This document shows, in pieces, positions 58,899-64,000 of a stretch of DNA of 64,000 bases. The notes under the pieces were generated by a model. The model did no database searches. It saw only the letters and a program-made list of their open reading frames with translations, and had not been told where the DNA came from. Source of the stretch: Lysobacterales bacterium (lineage in GTDB: Bacteria > Pseudomonadota > Gammaproteobacteria > Xanthomonadales > SZUA-5). Numbering within the stretch: the first letter of the stretch is position 1; each line of letters starts with the position of its first letter. The translations under genes and the position numbers were made by a program. Location: contig JALHMH010000016.1 in the NCBI GenBank assembly GCA_022844165.1, forward strand, positions 37,672-101,671, in the 5' to 3' direction.

Positions 58899-59666
58899 CT
58901 ACTCGAAACGAGCCAGCTGCTCGCGATAGCCACGCGATAGCTTCAGTTCCTGGCCGCACTTCAGGTCGATGAAGTATTCGCCGTTGATATGCGGGCGCAA
59001 GCGCGTGACGCAGGCGATATTGACGATCGTCGAGCGATGCACGCGCACGAATCGTTCGCCCGGCAGACGCTCGGCGAGTTCGCGCAGTGTGGCGCGTGCG
59101 ACGTGATTGGCGTCGGAGCAATGCACGACCACATAGTCGCCGGCCGCATCGATCCAGCGGATGTCGTTGAGCGCGACGCGAATGAGCGTGGTACCGTCTT
59201 TGAGTGTCAGCTTGTCGTCGCTGCGTTCGCCTAACGACTGCGGCCGTTCACCGCCGACCAACGCCAGTAAGCGCGCGTGGTCGGCTTCGAGTTCGCTTTG
59301 CGACTTCAGCCGTCGCGCGCGTTCCACGGCTGCGCGGAGCGCGTCATCGTCCACGGGTTTGAGCAGATAGTCGACCGCATGCACGCGAAACGCGTCGAGC
59401 GCATAGTGATCGTAGGCGGTGATGAAGATGACCAACGGCCAACGCGCGACGGGCAGCGCGCGCAGCACACCGAAGCCATCGACGCCGGGCATCTGGATGT
59501 CGAGAAACAGCAGGTCAGGCTGATGTTGGCCAATCAACGCCAGGGCCTCGCGGCCATTGTTGGCTTCTGCAACCAATTCGATGCCGGCAATCGCCTGCAA
59601 ACGCAGCTTGAGTCCGCGTCTCGCCAGGGGTTCGTCGTCGGCAAGTAAGCAGCGCAGAGGTTTCAT
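58899..59666 (-). CDS. LytTR-family response regulator
   Basis: DDEPLAR, FLDIQMP, DYLLKP, RVHRS. Confidence 0.94.
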   Translation of the reverse strand: MKPLRCLLADDEPLARRGLKLRLQAIAGIELVAEANNGREALALIGQHQPDLLFLDIQMPGVDGFGVLRALPVARWPLVIFITAYDHYALDAFRVHAVDYLLKPVDDDALRAAVERARRLKSQSELEADHARLLALVGGERPQSLGERSDDKLTLKDGTTLIRVALNDIRWIDAAGDYVVVHCSDANHVARATLRELAERLPGERFVRVHRSTIVNIACVTRLRPHINGEYFIDLKCGQELKLSRGYREQLARFE

Positions 59667-59709
59667 AGGCCAGCCGGCAGGTCAGTGAAATGTGTTGTTG
59701 AGCACGGGG

Positions 59710-60762
59710 CTACCGCTCCAACGGCAGCGTCATGCGCACGCGCACCCCACCTTCGGGCCGGTTTTCCACGCTGAGCCGTTGCCTTGCGCCGTACAAAGTG
59801 GCGAGGCGCTCTCGCGTGTTGCGCAAGCCGACACCATTTAACTCCGGCGCTCCGGGCGCGAACACCGGGCTGCCCGGCCCATCGTCGCACAACACCAGCT
59901 CCAACCACTCGCCGTTGGCATAAGCGCGCAGCGTAATCGTGCAACCCGTCTCGCTCTTGGCCACAGCGTACTTGATCGCATTCTCGATCAGGGGTTGCAG
60001 GATCAGGCTCGGCACCAATGCCGTCTGTGCAGCCTCATCGACCGTCAAGTCCAATCGCAAGCGTTCGTCGAAGCGCATTTTTTCGATGGTCAGATACAAA
60101 TCGAGCACTTCCATCTCGCGTTTCAGTGGCACCTTTTGTTCCGGCTCTTGATCCAGCGTGTAACGCAGAAATCGACTCAACGCACCCAGCATGCGCCCGG
60201 CGACGGTGTTCTGCTGATCGAGCACCAGCGTCGAAATCGCATTCAAGGTGTTGAACAGAAAATGGGGATTCAACTGATAGCGCAGCATCTTCAGTTGCGC
60301 CAGATTGGCCTGCGACTGCGCTGCCACAGTGCGCTCTCGTGCCTCCGCCAATGCTCGGCTATTGCGGATACCGAACCACAGTGCGCTCCAGCTCAAGATG
60401 ACGTAAGCGGTGAATCCGGTGTACGCGATGTAGCCGAGGAAGGTCGCCGGCTTGCATTCCTCGGGGCAGTATTGTTCGATCGACAGTGCGTAGATGGCGC
60501 TCATTGCCAAACACACAAACAGGAACGCCGGCAAGGCGATCAAGGCGCGCTGCGCGATCGGCAGTACATAGATGCGTCGATACAACAAATGCAACGGATA
60601 GGTGATCAGCGCGCCACCAATCGCGCTCGAGATCGAGACCGACAGGTAGCTCAGGTGTTTGCCGTGCGCCATGCCGGACAAGAAATGCACGATCAGAAAT
60701 CCGAACCAGCCTGCAATTTGCAGGGGCCAGAAACCCATCAGCGAAGAAAGGCGCGCGCTCAT
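59710..60762 (-). CDS. LytS-family sensor histidine kinase
   Basis: TM N-terminus, QLNPHFLFNTLN, LQPLIENAIK, GVGLRN. Confidence 0.93.
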   Translation of the reverse strand: MSARLSSLMGFWPLQIAGWFGFLIVHFLSGMAHGKHLSYLSVSISSAIGGALITYPLHLLYRRIYVLPIAQRALIALPAFLFVCLAMSAIYALSIEQYCPEECKPATFLGYIAYTGFTAYVILSWSALWFGIRNSRALAEARERTVAAQSQANLAQLKMLRYQLNPHFLFNTLNAISTLVLDQQNTVAGRMLGALSRFLRYTLDQEPEQKVPLKREMEVLDLYLTIEKMRFDERLRLDLTVDEAAQTALVPSLILQPLIENAIKYAVAKSETGCTITLRAYANGEWLELVLCDDGPGSPVFAPGAPELNGVGLRNTRERLATLYGARQRLSVENRPEGGVRVRMTLPLER

Positions 60763-60858
60763 CGCCAGGATGATAAGGCGTACGAACGTTAAGCGTGCCT
60801 CACTTCGGCGCGCGATGCTGGCGCTCGGCTGACGCCGTGGATCGCAGTCGACTCAGTT

Positions 60859-61067
60859 GAGCGGGTTTGAATAACCGTAACGAGCGGGTCGAGAGCAAGG
60901 CGCACCGCGCGCAGGAACCGCAGTGGACAAAAAGTCCATGAGGGTGAAGCGGTCTTTCGAGCGGCATGCCGCGAGCCGCTGAACGCCACGCAACTTGTTG
61001 CGTGGCCGGGGAGCGAGCACGGAGCAACGCTGCGATCGACCCGCGCATCAGGTTATTCAAACCGCTC
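60859..61067. mobile_element. 209-bp MITE-like element with TIRs and 4-bp target duplication
   Basis: Left GAGCGGGTTTGAATAACC...GCGGGTCGA; right TCGACCCGC...GGTTATTCAAACCGCTC; AGTT on both flanks; internal perfect hairpin 60985-61006. Confidence 0.75.
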
Positions 61068-62682
61068 AGTTGAACATACCGAGTACCACTTCCTTGTTGC
61101 TCGGCTGTCCGGCTGCCGGTCGCCAGTCCGCGGCGAGATTCCAGCACCAAAGATGGGCCAGTGCACTCACGGCAACCGTATCGAGTTTCAGCATCGTGAA
61201 GGTGTTGTAGAGCGGGAACTGGAGGTGGCCTGCGATATCGATGGCACCTTTAACTTCCCAAGTCAGCTGATCCCAAAAGGCAGGCACAAAGTCGTTGTAC
61301 ATCCAGAGGATGTCGACGCTGGTATTGCCAGCAACGCCAAACCAGGCATTTGGCAGCACGTTGAGTGTTTGCCGCACCACAACCGGAGCGCCTGCCTGAC
61401 GCCTGGCCCAAAGCGCCCGTTGCAGGGCCGCAAAGCTGCTCGTCGGGAACACCTGATTGTGGCGGAACAGGCGAACCGACCCGGTGCCGGGATCCTGGCT
61501 GTAGGGGACGTAGCCTTTGCCTTTGACATATGGCTGCAACCCGAATAGTGGCGGTAGATCGCTGGAAACGATGATCTCGTTGCCATCCATGCCGAGCGCC
61601 TCGTCAGTATTGATGCCGACCAAAACGCGTCCGACGCCGCGCGCGAGCATGGCGTTCAGTCCGAGGTTCTCCAAACTACCGCCATCGGCAAATCGGAAAG
61701 TTTTTTCAGCAACGGTCTTGCGCGAAGCGATCGGGAAGTAGCCGTAACGCGGCACCAATCCGTTCAACGACGGATGTTCCTCCTCAAGCTCCTGCGCGAA
61801 GGCGGCGCTACTGCTGCCAACGATGTCGGCCAGCGAATAGCGGCGTTTTCCGGGCGCTACCAACATGTCGTTGTTGCCGAGGTCCTTGACGTAGGCACCG
61901 GTCATCGCCATCGAATCCATCAAACCGCCGCCGATGGTCGGCTGCGTGCTCGGAAATGGCTGACGAACACCGAGCATAAAGTTGGCCTCGAAGGGCACCA
62001 GGTCGGCCGACGTCGTGTCGTCGTTAAACAGCGCCGTGTTGAAGACCATGAAGGGCCGCTTTCGGCTCACGGTGTAGAAATCGCTGGTCGATAAAGATGG
62101 GTTACGCGCCAATGTGCCGTTCGGCAGCTTCAGGAAATTCTCAGTCCAGCTGAAATAGTGCTGATCGAAATAGTTGTGGTTCGGATCGGGCGACCAGAGT
62201 CCAAACGGACGCAACACGCTGTGACCAATCAAGCCTTGCCAAAGTTCGCTGTTCGGATATCCCCATTCGAACTTGAGTTTGAGAATCTCGCCGAGATCGC
62301 TCAACACACCCAAGCCGAGAGGCACGGTGCCCAGGTTGTTTGGCGGCAACTGATCCAGAGCGAACGGCAGGGAACCGGTAACCGTCAACAGGCTCGGGTC
62401 GAGCACCGGTGCGCCGAGAAAATCGGCATCGCTGATCGAGGCCGGCAGATAGGTGTACAAGCTGTTTGCCCAAGTGCCGCCGGAAACCGATGAGATCGCG
62501 AAGATCTTATCCATTAGTCCTAACGAGTCGAGAGCGCGAAGTTGACCCATCGCACAAGTCAGCGCTCGCGAACCGCCGCCAGACAAACACAAGCCGATCG
62601 ACGACGGCAGCGCCTGCACGCCAGGTACGGTGCTGTGCACGGCCGGCAGAGGCAAAAACGAGGTGTTTAGATTGGCTGGCAT
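61066..62682 (-). CDS. Patatin/cPLA2-PLB-like phospholipase
   Basis: GLCLSGGGSRA, SSVSGG nucleophile, DGG catalytic Asp; GGAG RBS before 62682. Confidence 0.82.
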   Translation of the reverse strand: MPANLNTSFLPLPAVHSTVPGVQALPSSIGLCLSGGGSRALTCAMGQLRALDSLGLMDKIFAISSVSGGTWANSLYTYLPASISDADFLGAPVLDPSLLTVTGSLPFALDQLPPNNLGTVPLGLGVLSDLGEILKLKFEWGYPNSELWQGLIGHSVLRPFGLWSPDPNHNYFDQHYFSWTENFLKLPNGTLARNPSLSTSDFYTVSRKRPFMVFNTALFNDDTTSADLVPFEANFMLGVRQPFPSTQPTIGGGLMDSMAMTGAYVKDLGNNDMLVAPGKRRYSLADIVGSSSAAFAQELEEEHPSLNGLVPRYGYFPIASRKTVAEKTFRFADGGSLENLGLNAMLARGVGRVLVGINTDEALGMDGNEIIVSSDLPPLFGLQPYVKGKGYVPYSQDPGTGSVRLFRHNQVFPTSSFAALQRALWARRQAGAPVVVRQTLNVLPNAWFGVAGNTSVDILWMYNDFVPAFWDQLTWEVKGAIDIAGHLQFPLYNTFTMLKLDTVAVSALAHLWCWNLAADWRPAAGQPSNKEVVLGMFN

Positions 62683-62777
62683 GGCGAGTGCTCCCGGTGT
62701 TGGTCCGTCGATGCTGCGCGGAACGTAAATGTTCTGCAACTCTAGCCATGTTTTTTGTAACAACTAAGACAGATCAT

Positions 62778-63476
62778 CTACAAATCAACTTGCCGCCATG
62801 CCATCACCAGCGCGCGCACCGACGCTCCTTCCGCGACGTCGACCTGCGCAAAGCCCAATTGCCGCGCACGCCCGGCAATTCGCTGGCTGGCCGCAATGAC
62901 CGTCTGTTGACGCCATCGAGGCAGCTCCGCGCAAAGGTCGTGCCAACGCTCCAAGATGGCCACGCTGGTCGCGGTCACTGCGAACCGGCCTCGATACCTT
63001 CGAAGTGTCTCCAGCACCTTGGCAGAAGGCGCCCTCGGGACTCTGCGATACGCGCTAATCGCGCGTGCATCGGCCCCGCGCTCGCGCAAGGTATCGAGTA
63101 ATACAGATCTCCCGCCGGGCGCGCACCAGATCGCGATGGACTTGCCGCGCACCGATTTTAGCGCTGGCAAATCGAGCGCCGACTCGCTGTTTTCGCGACC
63201 CGCAACGACGACATCGATTCCCATCTCGCGCAGCACAGCGCCCGTTGCGGCGCCGATCGCGATACCGGATTGCAACGACACAAAATGGACAGCCGCCAGT
63301 GCCGACGCCCGGCTGACCAATATGTGGTGTTGCGCGCTCTGCGCGAACGACAGTTCGGTCGGCGCCAACCTTGCCACACGCCGGGTGTACAGCAAGGGTA
63401 GCGAGAGATGTGGGACGCCACAGAGCTCCGAAAGGTGACGGCGGATTTCGGCAGCAGGGCGAGTGAGGATGAGCAT
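62778..63476 (-). CDS. hemD: Uroporphyrinogen-III synthase
   Basis: ILTRP, AIGAAT, SESAL, GGRSVLLDTLRERGA, AYRR, TS, ASQRIA; start approximate. Confidence 0.82.
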   Translation of the reverse strand: MLILTRPAAEIRRHLSELCGVPHLSLPLLYTRRVARLAPTELSFAQSAQHHILVSRASALAAVHFVSLQSGIAIGAATGAVLREMGIDVVVAGRENSESALDLPALKSVRGKSIAIWCAPGGRSVLLDTLRERGADARAISAYRRVPRAPSAKVLETLRRYRGRFAVTATSVAILERWHDLCAELPRWRQQTVIAASQRIAGRARQLGFAQVDVAEGASVRALVMAWRQVDL

Positions 63477-63596
63477 CCGACGATTTTGCCACTCATCCGT
63501 GTCAACCGTTTGCAAGACTTCGCGTTGAGCGCTTCCACATGCAGTCTAATTGGCGCGACAATGCGGCTGGGGACGAGTCGGGGAGAGAGGGTTGTG

Positions 63597-64000
63597 ATGC
63601 GGCGTGGGGCGATTGTCCTTTTGCTGTTGGCAAGCGGATCTGTCGGCGCGCAGCAGGCGCTCGGTCCGGCGCCGGTGTCCGGCCCGGACCCCAGTCTGGC
63701 CGGTGGCAACTGCGATAATCTGACCGGTCAGCCGATCTATCAGAATGTGACCTGGAACGAAGTCTGGACTGCTCTCAACGAAATGAGCTCGTGTACCCAG
63801 AACTGCCATCTCGGAACCGATGCCGCCGCAGACCTCGATTTTGGGTCGCGCAATCTGTCGATCTATTTCCTGGTGAATCAGCGCAGCAGCCAGACGGACA
63901 TGCCACGCGTCGTTCCCGGGGACCCGGCAGCTTCGTTGCTGTTGCAAAAAGTCAGTTGCCCCAAACCAGCCGTTGGCCAACGCATGCCGTCGTTCGCTCC
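63597..64000 (+). CDS. Exported c-type cytochrome domain protein (truncated by window end)
   Basis: Manual translation: signal peptide, CTQNCH, VVPGDPAASLLLQKV, RMP axial-Met motif. Confidence 0.7.
   Translation, partial: MRRGAIVLLLLASGSVGAQQALGPAPVSGPDPSLAGGNCDNLTGQPIYQNVTWNEVWTALNEMSSCTQNCHLGTDAAADLDFGSRNLSIYFLVNQRSSQTDMPRVVPGDPAASLLLQKVSCPKPAVGQRMPSFA

Overview
GC-rich bacterial chromosomal window, most consistent with a Xanthomonadales/Lysobacterales-type gammaproteobacterium (inferred from gene content). It holds about 60 CDS; I found no rRNA, tRNA, CRISPR array or transposase. Housekeeping genes include nadE, speA, bcp, cutA, nbaC, mltB-rlpA-dac-ybeD, hemC, hemD and metY. The most notable accessory items are: (1) a three-domain aldo-keto reductase + polynucleotide kinase + 3'-phosphatase protein whose last two domains resemble eukaryotic PNKP in reversed order, a candidate one-protein DNA/RNA end-healing enzyme; (2) a yehI/L/M/P/Q-like DUF4132-MoxR-DUF5682-vWA-SWIM cluster of unknown function; (3) an RloA/RloB (AbiL-like) defence pair with a long upstream palindrome; (4) a MetX-homoserine dehydrogenase fusion in an operon preceded by in-phase Met-box-like repeats; (5) a ~240-bp hairpin-rich element in three copies, each just after a stop codon in sense orientation; (6) a 209-bp MITE with terminal inverted repeats and a 4-bp target duplication; and (7) directly visible candidate operators for XRE and AraC regulators. 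All family calls rest on motif recognition by eye, not database searches, and start codons are best estimates.
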